A stretch of DNA of 64,000 nt from Octopus bimaculoides. Taxonomy: Eukaryota. This document shows, piece after piece, positions 50,951-63,553 of the stretch. Location of the stretch: NCBI RefSeq assembly GCF_001194135.2, contig NC_068998.1:3761057-3825056 (forward strand), given 5' to 3'. The notes beneath the pieces were generated by a model. That model was not told where the DNA came from. It saw nothing but the letters and a program-made list of their open reading frames with translations, and did no database searches. The translations under genes and the position numbers were made by a program. The stretch's first letter is position 1. Every line of letters starts with the position of its first letter.

Positions 50951-51592
50951 TTAAGACGTCACAGTATCCAATATCGTGATGTTGTTGGTTGAAGATATTG
51001 TGTCTGCCGGGGGTTTGCACTGTTTGTCAAGTCACAACAAGGCCCTTAGTCAGACAGCACTTTACGCAATATCTCTGCAGTTCCAAGTAAAGCCCAAGTT
51101 TGCAATACACCTAGATTGTAGAGTATTTCTAAAGTTTCCAGATGTTTCTTCAGGTTGGCTGGTATGGAACCCTATGCTCCGATGACAATAGTAACAACCT
51201 TTATGTTTAACTCTCGTAGCTGCCACAACTTTGCGATCTCAATTCTCAGGTCTCCATATTTATCAATCTTTTCTCTTCAAAATCACTGAATTCTTTCCTG
51301 GCAAAAACACTGCACCATAATCATTGGCACCAACCCCCTTTTCAGGTACCGAAAATACTCCCCCCAATACACAACTATTATTAGCAGCCCTTTACAAATC
51401 TCAGAGGTCACACACAATGAAATATTAATTCTCACCTCCGAGACGATACAGCAGTTGCACGAAAATGTTCAAGATGTCATCTTAAGAAATGCCACTTCGC
51501 TAATTTTATATTCAAGTACTAAAGGACCCACTACAGCCCTTTAACCCACAGGTGTATTGTCTCCTCGTTCTCTCTCTCTCTTTCTCTCTCTA

Positions 51593-51703
<111 letters not shown>

Positions 51704-52914
51704 TATAGTAGCATCTGTCTATCGGAGCTGCCTCGTCTCGTACCACCATTACTCAGGCACCTCCAACCGACTCGTCTTCCTATCTCTCGTACAACTCACT
51801 CTGACTCGCACAAATTACTATGCTTAGTTCATTCCTCTCACAGCATCTTCTCCCTGCTCTTCTCTTTCCTTCGGGTGTTGACCTACAACAGTTCAAACAT
51901 TACCTTAATCCCTTTACAGCAGAAGTTAGATAAATCCACTCAAAATTTTCATTACCCTTAACTGCAGAAAGCAGTTTTATATCTCAATCTATCTTTTGTT
52001 TAAAAAACATAAAATGTCCTGTTTGAAAATATTTTCTGTTGAGATTATGTTGAGCTTATTGAGGCAACGTGGTTTGCAAAAAATATCTAATCTATTTTTT
52101 TTGGTAGATATTTAGGATAGATACTGGAATAGCCATGAAACCTAATTTCGCAGTTAAAGAGTTAAACACAAGCTCACTGATCTTGAATAACCTAAAAACG
52201 CCACGGTCATTTATCTCTTCCTCTCGACTCAGTAATTAAAACAGAAGAAAAAATTAGGCTTATTCGATTGAATAATTATAAAGTCAGTCGCCAACACACT
52301 CCAAAAGACGTGCTGTGACCTCTGCTTTTTTTACTGCGGCTCCAATGGCCTCTGCTTTTCAGAGTTTTCTTCTCTCGTGCCATCTCTTCTTGTGCCATCT
52401 CTCGTGCCATCTTCACTCTAACATACTCAACTCCCATGTTTCTTTTTGTCTCGTCGCTTGCCCTGTATCCATCATCCCCCACCGCATCCCGTACTGACAA
52501 GAATGCTCAATCATTTTCCATCAGAGCTTCGTCCCTGTGAAATTCGCTTCTTGGTTATGTTTACTCCTGCTGCTGCCAACTTTCAACAGTTAAAGTGCAA
52601 TGCTTGCGGTATCGAAGAGTCTGCAAAAAAAACTATGGACTGTGTCCCTTCCCGAGGATCGAAATAAAAACAATGCTATGAAGTGTTTTGTTTGATTAAT
52701 TCTCGTTTCTGACGCACCATCGCCCTTTCCTCATCACCTCCACTTCTACGGCTAATACCGCTGCTGCTGCTGATAATAATGATGATGATGACGATAAGGG
52801 GGTAATGGTGGTGTTGGATATGGTATTGGAAGCTGAGGTCAGCTCTAATCTTGTTTTGTGTGGGAACACGGTGAGTGTAGCCATCGCAGTAACATAATAG
52901 CATTCACTTTTCTT

Positions 52915-53150
52915 CGTGGCAGCCAGAGCTTACGAATGTACAGTCATCGGTTCGATTCATGGACAGAGCGGTGCGATGTATCCTTGGGCAAGACACTTCA
53001 TTTCACATTGCTCCAGTTCACTCATCTGTAAACGGGTACATCCTAGGATGGAACAGTCCCGCCCCCGCCTCACCGATCAGGGGGAATGTTGGTCTGCCCC
53101 CCCCTCTTAGCCAGGGGAGTGATATCATTCGAAAGCTACAAACGATGCAT
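52915..53150 (+). mobile_element. Probable further tRNA/CORE-type SINE (family E)
   Basis: ggttcgattc B-box-like motif followed by ccttgggcaagacacttcatttcacattgctccagttcactc (CORE-like). Confidence 0.55.
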
Positions 53151-53784
53151 AGCGCATTGTGACTAACGATGTATAACAACATCGGTATTAGTCTGGTCAA
53201 TACCGTGATACCATGATATATAAATATATAATCTCGAGTCCATGAGATTGTGAAAGCTTTATCCATGTTGTAAGAAGGCTCAGAGTGTCGACTCCTTATT
53301 CGTGCAGATTTTTCTGTTAGAAAGAAAAAAAATGTGGGCTAGTGTGGAGAATAGATTTGTCGAAAATAATTGCCATTTGCATTCAATTAAAGCAAAAACT
53401 GTTAATAATCAAGCAGATGATATTAATTATATTAGCAACAACGTCATTGTACAATTGAGACTGTTATTTAAACAAATAGAGAAATTTCTGAGCAATTAAA
53501 TATTATCTTAAACGTGTATACATCCTGGATGGGTGATTCACACTTAAAGAAAACCAATGAATAAAAAAGAAGGGAAAAAAATATCAAGAAAAAGAACAAA
53601 TAATAATTAAATGAATGAATAAAATAATAAGTGAAATTTTACTTGGAGCTATGGATGTGGTCGTTCAACTTCAAGTTGCAGAGAGCGGCGGCGGCGGCGG
53701 CAGCGGCGACGTCGTTCAACGCAATCGGATACACAATGAGTGTTATTATTTAGAACACTGAAGATGAGGACAACCTTGTTGTTG

Positions 53785-53815
<31 letters not shown>

Positions 53816-53952
53816 CCATCTTCTTCTCCCCCTCATTCTTCTTCTTCTTCTTCTTGTCCCTTATCCTTTTCTCTATCTCTTTTCTTTTCTCCTTTCTCTC
53901 TTTTTCTTCTTTCCCTCGTTTTCTCTTTCTCTTCGGTTCCCCTTCCTCCTCC

Positions 53953-53988
<36 letters not shown>

Positions 53989-56214
53989 CTGCGAAATTGT
54001 GCAGAGGGATTTTCAGAAAAGTTGCTGAAGCATATCTCTGACGTGTGTGGAGGAAATCTCATTAGAAAATTCAATCTGGAGGCGATTAAAGAGTCGTTTT
54101 AAGACGGCTTGTTATATGTATCCTATTATTTATTTAAAAATGTGGTCAGTCACTCATTTCTTGTGATTCAATCAACAAATAGCTGAGGGGTGTATACGAT
54201 GTCTAGGTTAAGAGGGATCCGGGTAGAGGGGTGTAAAGGATGTATGCAGATAGCTGGGAGTCATTGAAGGGACTTAGTTNNNNNNNNNNNNNNNNNNNNN
54301 NNNNNNNNNNNNNNNNNNNNNNNNNNNNNNNNNNNNNNNNNNNNNNNNNNNNNNNNNNNNNNNNNNNNNNNNNNNNNNNNNNNNNNNNNNNNNNNNNNNN
54401 NNNNNNNNNNNNNNNNNNNNNNNNNNNNNNNNNNNNNNNNNNNNNNNNNNNNNNNNNNNNNNNNNNNNNNNNNNNNNNNNNNNNNNNNNNNNNNNNNNNN
54501 NNNNNNNNNNNNNNNNNNNNNNNNNNNNNNNNNNNNNNNNNNNNNNNNNNNNNATATATATATATATACGACCCATGTCTGTTCCGTGTACAAGACTTAT
54601 ATCTTAACTAATTCGGTATTTTTCTCGTTTGGTATCACCGTTTCGAAACCATTAAGGGGGTTTCAGCACTTCTGCTCGAAATGCTAAAATAAGTAACCGG
54701 AAATTCCTCAAATCATACTTTTCGTCTTCAGGAAAAGGAATGAACAGAAATAAACGATTGATGATAATAGCGTTGCTTACGAGACACAGGGAACATCCAC
54801 TCCTCACGAGCAAAAGTACCCTATCGAAGAAGCATTCAGTATTTCTCATCATAGTCAGGAAGGAAAGACGTTGTCCACAATCTTTTAAAGAGTTTCCAAG
54901 ACTGGTAGGAAACGAGCGAAGGTATTCTCAAACCGAAGTCTTAGTCCAAGATACCTGAAACAAAATGGATTCCGCCAAACCAACCCAAGAACAAAGCGGG
55001 TGTGTTGTACTGGGCAACAGATTAAGTCTACGGTTAGTCAAGTTGGCCTCGACGAAGTATGAACTCAAAACGCAAAGAACCACAACAACTACTTCATGGC
55101 AACCCATCCAATTATCTAATATTAACATCCTTCCATGACATTAGATTGGCACTGTCTTCATCGATCGCAGAGGCAAAGCTGACTTCGAAAAGATTTGAAC
55201 TTAGAACCCAAAGTGCCGGCATAGATATTGAAACGCATCCTGCCGAGGCTCTAACAATTTCACCAATCTTCCGCCTTTAACAGCCACCTTCATTGAGCTC
55301 TGAACGAAAAATCGCTCAGTCCACTTTGACGATGTTTGAACTTGAGATGTAAGGAACTGGAATAAATGTGGTAGAACATTTCTTCCAAACCTTTAACGAG
55401 TCTGCTATTTTTCCTGTGGTAATGTCTTCATCAATCACTTTGATCTTGCCTTTTACGAAGATACAGTAACATACTCCAGCATCACATCATCCAGAAGATG
55501 AGACTATGAATGTCCAGAAGCGTTGGTGATGAATTAAGGAACCTCACTGTTCCAAGTATATGCAAATAATGGGGTGGATTTGATTGACTAAAGTCTTCAA
55601 GCAATAAGATCTTAAAATAATGAAAACTGTGATGTTGTATGATTTTAGTGGACTTTTGTTTGAAATTTTTAATATTCATTTCTCATTTCTCATGTAATTT
55701 CTTATTTAAATCCATATTAAATTTATACGTCAGTTTTATGTGCATAAATAAAAGCTTAAAGCTTAATCTTTCGACACCACATTTATCATATTTGTTATTC
55801 TTGTTTCATATTTGTAGCCTTAGATTATATTGAATGATATTAATCAGTCATAAAATTTCTGCATTGATATATTGATAAACAGTAATATGATGAGCGTGAT
55901 TTCGACCAGTGGAGACGACAAAGTATGATGGATACAATTAGGGCGATATATACTTAGATATGTGCTTACATGTGCAGACTTGATGATTGTAGGAGCTGTT
56001 CTAGGAGCGAATGGTTAAGCTTGCTTCACAGCTACAAGATCACGATTTCGATCCCACTGCGTTGCTTCTTGGGTAAATGTTATTTTCTATAATCACAGAG
56101 CGATCCTTGATTGTGAATGAATTTAGATAGATGGAAATTGTATAGAATCTCGACAGGTGGATTGTACTTGTATTCCAAAAGATATAACCTTGTTGTACAT
56201 AGTTTGTCACACTT

Positions 56215-56425
56215 CAGGCAACGAGCTGGCAGAATCGTTAGCACGCCGGGCAAAAAGCTTAGCGGCATTTCATCCATCTTTACGTCCTGAATTCAAATTC
56301 CGCCGAGGTCGACTTTGTCTTTCATCCTTTCGGGATCAATGAAATAAGTACCAGTTGAGCACTGGGGGTCGATGTAATCGACTTACTTTTCTTGAATTGC
56401 TGACCTTGTGCTTATAGTAGAATTA
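56215..56425 (+). mobile_element. SINE family A, full length
   Basis: aggcaacgagctggcagaatcgttagcacgccgggc...gaccttgtgcttatagtagaattattatt. Confidence 0.9.
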
Positions 56426-56629
56426 TTATTAATATTGTTACAGTAATTGATCGGAAGGGTGAATTGGCAGAATAGCTAGTGTGATATTCAGTTACCACTT
56501 TTTATATTCTGAGTTCAAACCACGGCAAGGGCAATTTTACTCTTCATCCTTGGAAGAGCAATAAAATCCCAGTCGAATACTGACACTTTCCATCATACTC
56601 AGCAAAAATAAGCCGAGATTTTTCATCAA

Positions 56630-57400
56630 ATAATAATAATGATAATAATAATAATAATCCTTCCTACTGTAGGCACAAGGCCTGCAATTTGTGGGAGGAG
56701 ATAGTCGATTTCATCGACCCCAGTACGTAACTGGTACTTATTTCATCGATCTCGAAAGAATGAAAGGCAAAGTCGACTTCGACGGAATTTGAACTCAGAA
56801 CGTAGTGACGGGCGAAAAACCGGTAAGCATTTCACCCAGCGTGCTAACGATTCTGCCAGCTCGCCATCTTAACAACAACAACAACAATAATAATAATAAT
56901 AATAATAATAGTAATAATAATAATAATGGTTTCAAATTTTGCCACAAGGGCAGCAATTTGGGAGAGGAGGGGATGAGTCGATTACATCGACCCCAGTGTT
57001 CAACTGGTACTTATTTTATCGACCCCGAAACGATGAAGTGCAAAGACGACCTCGGTGGAATTTGAACTCAGAACATAAAGACAGACGAAATACCGTTAAA
57101 CAATTTTACCTGGCACGCTAACGATTCTACCAGCTCGCCGCCATAATAATAATCCTTTCTGCTATAGGCAGGAAGAGAGGATGCAAGTCGATTACATCGA
57201 CCCCAGTGCGTAACTGGTACTTGTTTTATCGACCCCGAAAGGAGATGAAAAGCAAAGTCGACCTCGGTGGAATTTGAACTCAGAACGTAAAGACAGACGA
57301 AATACCGCTAAACATTTTTCCCGGCGAGCTAACGATTGTGCCAACTCACCAATTTTATAATAATAATAATAATAATAATAATAATTATAATTATAATAAT
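56630..57400 (-). mobile_element. Three head-to-tail SINE family A copies joined by (AAT)n
   Basis: Copies at about 56657-56868, 56929-57143 and 57152-57350, each bounded by AAT/AAC tracts. Confidence 0.9.
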
Positions 57401-57671
57401 AAGCAGTTAGTACCTGTTGATCACTTGGGTTAATGAAATCGACTTAATCCAGCAAAAACATTGCTGGCCTTGTGCCTATGGCAGAAAGAATTATTAAGAA
57501 TGAAGAAACCGAAGCTTATTAGTCACGTGACATCCGTTCCGAGTTCCAACCACGCCGAGGTTGACTTTGCCTTTCATTTCCACCAAATTCAACAAACAAT
57601 TAAAAGAAAATGGAAAACAAAAACGCATTGAATTGTGGGATGGAAATCGTAATGTAATGCTGTATTACTTT

Positions 57672-58075
57672 TAGCAGAAGAAGAAAAAGAAAACAATGGA
57701 CAGCTTCCAGTTCACATGCTTAAGGAGGGCACTCGACATCAAGTGGCGGCAAAGAGTGTGAAATGACACAATTGAGACAAGAGCGAGAATCAACAGGATC
57801 AGTGACGTAATCAGATGCGGATGCTGGAACCGGATTGGCTACGTCCTCAGACAAGATCGAGAAAGCGATTGCATGGTGGCACTAAAGAGACAGCCTGAAG
57901 GGGAAAAGAGCAGCAGGGCGCCCTAAAACCACATGGCAAAGGACCATTGGCAAGAAAAGGAGACAAGGAGAGTGGAGAAGCTGGAATGAGAGCAAGACAG
58001 TGGCAGAAAACGGAGCTGGTTGGAAAGATCGTGTTGTGGCCATATGTGCCTCATGGCATGAAGAGAACTAATTAA
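57672..58075 (+). mobile_element. 3' end of an RTE-clade LINE ORF
   Basis: Translation ...MDSFQFTCLRRALDIKWRQRV*NDTIETRARINRISDVIRCGCWNRIGYVLRQ...VALKRQPEG/..GRPKTTWQRTI...WRSWNESKTVAENGAGWKDRVVAICASWHEEN* has the typical RTE C-terminal motifs (CLRRIL.I.W, RW.W.GH.LR, GRPK.TW, W...V.ALC). Confidence 0.8.
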
Positions 58076-59039
58076 CTAATATTAGTTTTGGCGCTCTTAG
58101 GTTACCGGGAATTGGGGGTTAATCTGGACAAGATTTCCAGCAAAGGCATCTTGGGCTCTCAGCAGGCCTGGGGGTGTATAAATCTATGTAATTTCTTTTT
58201 TCTAAGAAAATATTGCCTTTAAATGCAGGAATATAAAAGTAACCTGTAAGGGAGAGGCATAAAACATTTATAACCAATTATCTAATCAATGTTTGCTTAT
58301 ATAAGTGAAAATAAAGAAAGTTGTTGTACTTTGGGAGGGTCATGCACCCAATAAACATACACACAGGTGGTAATTATTAAATGCCAGAATATAAAAAAGA
58401 ACCCTTCAAGTATGACGTATAAAACACTTATTGCCACCCATTCAATCAAAGTCTGTTAGTATAAGAATAAAGAATATTGTTGTATCATGGGTGGGTCATA
58501 TTGCCAACAAACACACACGCATTGGTTGTACTTTTACTTTAGTTTTAGTTACATTATTTACTAATTTTCATAAAAGTTTTCGGTACACTGCTGTGACCTT
58601 CCCAATGGTTTCACATTCATGCAAAGCCTATAACAAAAGCGAAATAAAAGTAAGGGCTTTTTTTTTTCTTAAATAACTTTTTCGTATGATTGTTGTTTTC
58701 GTTTAGTTTTCAAGTCATGGATTTTTTCCTTCTTCTTTACTTATCATTTCAGTCCTGGCCTGACAACAAGTTAGATATTTTAACACTTTTGCCGAATGAA
58801 AGCTTAGATAAACCTTCTGGATGATAGTTAACCAGAGTTTAATCTTCTTCCTCTTCAAACAAGTTTCCCAGCTGTTAATGAATCGACGGGTAAGTCTTTG
58901 ATGTCAGATTTGATGGGAGTTTAAACTTGGCAGCTAGATCTCTTGATCTACCCAAGAATCGAAATAATGGATATGGTTAGACTCTTTGGTGCTTTAGGTT
59001 GAGCAATAATATGTTTAAATGATGTACAAACCATTATGG

Positions 59040-59040
<1 letters not shown>

Positions 59041-59110
<70 letters not shown>

Positions 59111-59163
59111 CTTATCTATCTATCTACTTATCTATCTATCTACTTATCTATCTATCTACTTAA

Positions 59164-59218
<55 letters not shown>

Positions 59219-59220
59219 GC
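59041..59220. repeat. (TATC)n tetranucleotide repeat; one of many SSRs, e.g. (GTGA) 3950, (TG) 10190/22667/39551, (CT) 51570, (CA) 45008
   Basis: Direct inspection. Confidence 0.95.
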
Positions 59221-59386
59221 TATCTCTCCTTCTGTCTATCTATTGACAGAAATGACGGATTAAGGTCCCAGAAGAGAATAAGTTGTTAAGGGATACTCAA
59301 CGTGGTGACCAGTGTCCTAGATGTTATGTATCTGGGTTTTGGGAGAGTTTTCCAGTCATTTGAACTTGGAATAATACGACTCAAGC

Positions 59387-59570
59387 ATACGTGATTCCAA
59401 TAATTAGAAATCTCAAGCATACGTGACGTCAGCAATAGGGTAAACCAGCCGTACGTGACGTCAGCAATTGGGTAAACCAATTATGCGTGACGTCAACATT
59501 GGGGTAACCCAAACATAAGTGACGTGAACGATAATATATATCAAAAATACGTGACGTCGGCAATAATGGT
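59387..59570. repeat. Six 32-bp tandem units carrying TACGTGACGTCA (CRE-like) cores
   Basis: TGA-initiated cores at 59392, 59424, 59456, 59488, 59520 and 59552, spaced exactly 32 bp. Three are perfect TGACGTCA. Confidence 0.85.
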
Positions 59571-60099
59571 TTCTGATTTACGGACAGTAATATTGATGGG
59601 AGTTGAAATAATCGATATCTTCGACCCCAGGATCTGACTGGTACTTTATTTCATTAACATCGGAAGGATGAACCACTATCAATCAATCAATCAACTCAAT
59701 CACGACCTTCGAATATGCAGGAACTAAAGATATTACAATTTCGGAATGGAAATCTCTGGAAGACTTGGGAATTAAATGATGCAGAGCAGACGGTTGTCTA
59801 GAAGACGGGTCCGAAGAACACGAAGAATAAACACACAAGGGGTCAGTTTTTTTTTTCTATGAAAGATTGGTTGTCAATCATTTTTCATCTATGGAATTTA
59901 ACATTTTAGTCTGAAAAAAGAGTCTGTGCCCATGGACTTCATAGGATCTCTAAAACAAGTGAGATCTGCACCAAGGGGTTGATCTATTATTATACTTTTA
60001 ATAAGGAGAGAGAGAGAGAAGGCAGTTAAGGTTACAATTGTTTCGTTAAAATGGTTTTCTTTTTTCGTTCATATTTCTCAATTCATACGTCTTCAATTT

Positions 60100-60432
60100 T
60101 TCCGTCGGTCGAACCAATCCAGCGAGCTTGTCGTCCCAAACCTGCCTCTGTACAACTGTTGTATTCGTTCATACCTTATAGATAACCGACAAGACGATGA
60201 CGGCGGTGGTAGTCGGGGGGAGGGGAAGTGAGAGCACACTTTAAACTTTTACTCACGACATACAACACTACACTTCACTTCACTTCACCTCACTGACTGA
60301 CTGACTGACTGTCTGTCTGTCAGGCTGACTGACTACGAGCTGAGTGAGAAGACTACATATGAATGAATGTTACTCCAGTTGAATCATACATACATATTAT
60401 TTGTCGGGGCTGTTTATAGTTCATGCATATAG

Positions 60433-60465
<33 letters not shown>

Positions 60466-60731
60466 TTTAGAGAGATAGAGAGAGTGATGGGGGGGGGGCG
60501 AGGAAAGTGATGCACGAAGTGCCTCGAGGTGGATGATGGACCTGACGGGACTTCGTCACCGCTGCCGCTGCTTGCCTGCTTCCACTCTGACGTTGATACA
60601 ACTTGCTCGCGCTGTTCGTGGGTCCTGTCCTTGTTGTTGACGTTATTGTTGCTGTTCCTGTATGTACTTCAATCTTCCTCTGTTTCGTCGAAGCCAGGCG
60701 GTTAACTTTCCACGAACACACTTACACAGGG
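60100..60731 (-). promoter_or_regulatory. CpG-rich, promoter/first-intron-like region, possibly the 5' end of the minus-strand gene
   Basis: Locally high CpG and GC content. Minus-strand donor-like sites CCCTGT|gtaagt at the gap edge (about 60727) and ATGTC|gtgagt (about 60256). No promoter element is proven. Confidence 0.3.
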
Positions 60732-61547
60732 NNNNNNNNNNNNNNNNNNNNNNNNNNNNNNNNNNNNNNNNNNNNNNNNNNNNNNNNNNNNNNNNNNNNN
60801 NNNNNNNNNNNNNNNNNNNNNNNNNNNNNNNNNNNNNNNNNNNNNNNNNNNNNNNNNNNNNNNNNNNNNNNNNNNNNNNNNNNNNNNNNNNNNNNNNNNN
60901 NNNNNNNNNNNNNNNNNNNNNNNNNNNNNNNNNNNNNNNNNNNNNNNNNNNNNNNNNNNNNNNNNNNNNNNNNNNNNNNNNNNNNNNNNNNNNNNNNNNN
61001 NNNNNNNNNNNNNNNNNNNNNNNNNNNNNNNNNNNNNNNNNNNNNNNNNNNNNNNNNNNNNNNNNNNNNNNNNNNNNNNNNNNNNNNNNNNNNNNNNNNN
61101 NNNNNNNNNNNNNNNNNNNNNNNNNNNNNNNNNNNNNNNNNNNNNNNNNNNNNNNNNNNNNNNNNNNNNNNNNNNNNNNNNNNNNNNNNNNNNNNNNNNN
61201 NNNNNNNNNNNNNNNNNNNNNNNNNNNNNNNNNNNNNNNNNNNNNNNNNNNNNNNNNNNNNNNNNNNNNNNNNNNNNNNNNNNNNNNNNNNNNNNNNNNN
61301 NNNNNNNNNNNNNNNNNNNNNNNNNNNNNNNNNNNNNNNNNNNNNNNNNNNNNNNNNNNNNNNNNNNNNNNNNNNNNNNNNNNNNNNNNNNNNNNNNNNN
61401 NNNNNNNNNNNNNNNNNNNNNNNNNNNNNNNNNNNNNNNNNNNNNNNNNNNNNNNNNNNNNNNNNNNNNNNNNNNNNNNNNNNNNNNNNNNNNNNNNNNN
61501 NNNNNNNNNNNNNNNNNNNNNNNNNNNNNNNNNNNNNNNNNNNNNNN
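60732..61547. other. Assembly gap; the others are 13747-13846, 15568-15750, 17645-17952, 25710-26487, 44514-44628, 45089-45192, 54280-54553 and 63144-63208
   Basis: Runs of N, mostly flanked by (TA)n or other SSRs. They could hide exons. Confidence 0.99.
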
Positions 61548-61575
61548 TATATATATATTATATATTATATATATA

Positions 61576-61606
<31 letters not shown>

Positions 61607-61799
61607 AATGTTTCAGTCATAGGACTTTAGCCATGCTGGGGCACCCCGTTGAAGGGTCACGTCTAGTGGCTTTCAACCATCTTTTTTTTTTTTTTGCCTA
61701 TGTGCCTTTTTGATACTCATTTTACTCGGTTGAGTCCTCATACCCTTTGGATTTTTATAAGAAAACTTATTGTATATTTATAACTAAATATTATCAGGA

Positions 61800-62550
61800 A
61801 TTATATTAAAAAATTGTTAAAATATTTTGCGTAATGCAAAAGTATGACGAATCTATTGCACATGAGTTTTAACAACAAACTCTTATATGGCCCCGTCCAA
61901 GGGTCATATGGACTCCAGTTGAGAATCTCTGATTTAGGGAAACCAACTGAGTCCTGTACATATTTTAAAGTCCGCTTCTTATTCCATCGGTCTCCAAATA
62001 ATATTAACCGTGTGAATCAGTGTATCATCGTCCTGGATGACTGCGCTAACATCAGGGAACAATGTTTTTACAATAGAATGGACATGATTAGCCAGAATGT
62101 TCCTTGGCATCAACGAGGCCATGTAGAACAGCTAAAGGGCTCAGAGAATTCTGTGATATGGCTGCCCAAGCCATAGACCCACCCCAACGCTTCACGGTGG
62201 GGGCCAAGCAGCCAGGGCTGAAGGCTTCTTTTATCTGTCCCCGGAGTAGTAAAAAACAGTACATGATGATTCATCAAAGAAGATAACATTGTCCCATTGA
62301 GCCATTGACCACTTCTGATAGTCTACAGACCATTTCTTTGGCATATCATTATTGATGGGGAACAGGAGAGATTTCGCAATGATACCCATCCCATGTTATC
62401 CAGCCTTATAAGCTCACGACAAAAGGTGATGGTTTAGATCTAATGTTTTATTTGCTGCCATAGTTCAATATTCTTTTTAGACACAATGCATTTTACCATT
62501 CTATGGTGCTTCTCTGAGAGCTTTTCCTTCCGCCCAGCATTATACTTGTC
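61800..62550 (-). mobile_element. Decayed Tc1-like (DD34E-type) transposase
   Basis: Segments GRKEKLSEKHHRMVKCIVSK, KWSMAQWDNVIFFDES, KEAFSPGCLAPTVKRWGGSMAWAAIS and LANHVHSIVKTLFPDVSAVIQDDDTLIHT, then a degenerate WPP.SPDLN. The supplied plus-strand ORF 61844..62176 is its antisense shadow. Confidence 0.8.
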
Positions 62551-62569
62551 AGACAATTGAATTCTTCTA

Positions 62570-63040
62570 TGAAAGTCAGTTTCCAAACTAATGACCGTTC
62601 CAGGCATTGCAGATAAGATAGAAATGCATCAAAAAACATTTCGTCCCGTATTTGTGCCTATTCTTGTTCAGTGGCCGTCCTCAATTCATCGAGTGTTGCC
62701 GGTTTGGTATTGTAAACTTCATCGTTTACGTATTCTTATAAAAAAAAAAGGTCTAGTGGTGTGAGGGTGGGTAAATGTGGAGATGAGCTACTTAAGCACT
62801 TCATCCAATCCACCTGTTTGCCAAAATCTCGTCAAGGTATGATCTTACATTGTTATGGTAGTGCTGGGGTGCCCCATCTTGCTGGAAATAAAAGTTCACA
62901 TCTGTGAAGTCCTCTTGAATGCTTCGCATAACACATTATCGAGTAAGTTCCTGAAATGGAATCACAGTCATTGTACGGTCAAACAAAAATGGTCCAATTA
63001 ATTCCTTTTGATGATAAATCGCACCATACATGTGAAATTA
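62570..63040 (-). mobile_element. Decayed Tc1/mariner-superfamily transposase, approximately DD41D (rosa-like)
   Basis: Segments HVWCDLSSKG/IGPFLFDRT...FYFQQDGAPQHYHNNVRSYLDEILANRWIG...PTLTPLDLFF...VYNTKPATLDELRTA. About 41 residues separate the second and third Asp after one frameshift correction. Confidence 0.75.
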
Positions 63041-63111
63041 CATGAATTTATATATATTTACATACATATATACTTGCATCAGCGCATATATATATATATA
63101 TTTATATAATA

Positions 63112-63143
<32 letters not shown>

Positions 63144-63208
63144 NNNNNNNNNNNNNNNNNNNNNNNNNNNNNNNNNNNNNNNNNNNNNNNNNNNNNNNNN
63201 NNNNNNNN

Positions 63209-63247
<39 letters not shown>

Positions 63248-63433
63248 GACTCTAACGAGTTGCCTATACTGCTAAGCGGTTTGTAGGTGCAAAACCAATG
63301 GTCAACCTGTGACTGACCATAACTTTTAACTTCCTAAAAAATATATATTTACATACACACAGACACTCACACACACACAAACATACATATTTACATGTAT
63401 ACACATATTTACATGTGTATGTGTGTATACATA

Positions 63434-63553
63434 CAGGGTGTCCACAAAATCTGGGTACATGGAGTAAATAAAATCGTAACATAAATAATCAAATATAAGA
63501 AATTATAATTTCTTAAAGTATGTGTTAATTCCCATGTACCCAGACTTTGTGGA

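Noticed and set aside
54650-55600. GC-richer block with an RT-like phrase (DEDITTGKIADSLK) on the minus strand
   Set aside because: No catalytic motifs are recognisable. Part of it (about 55150-55280) is a degenerate family A SINE head.
59387-59570. CRISPR-like appearance of the regularly spaced 32-bp and 16-bp arrays
   Set aside because: The spacers are homologous to each other and too short, the context is eukaryotic, and there are no cas genes. These are tandem repeats.
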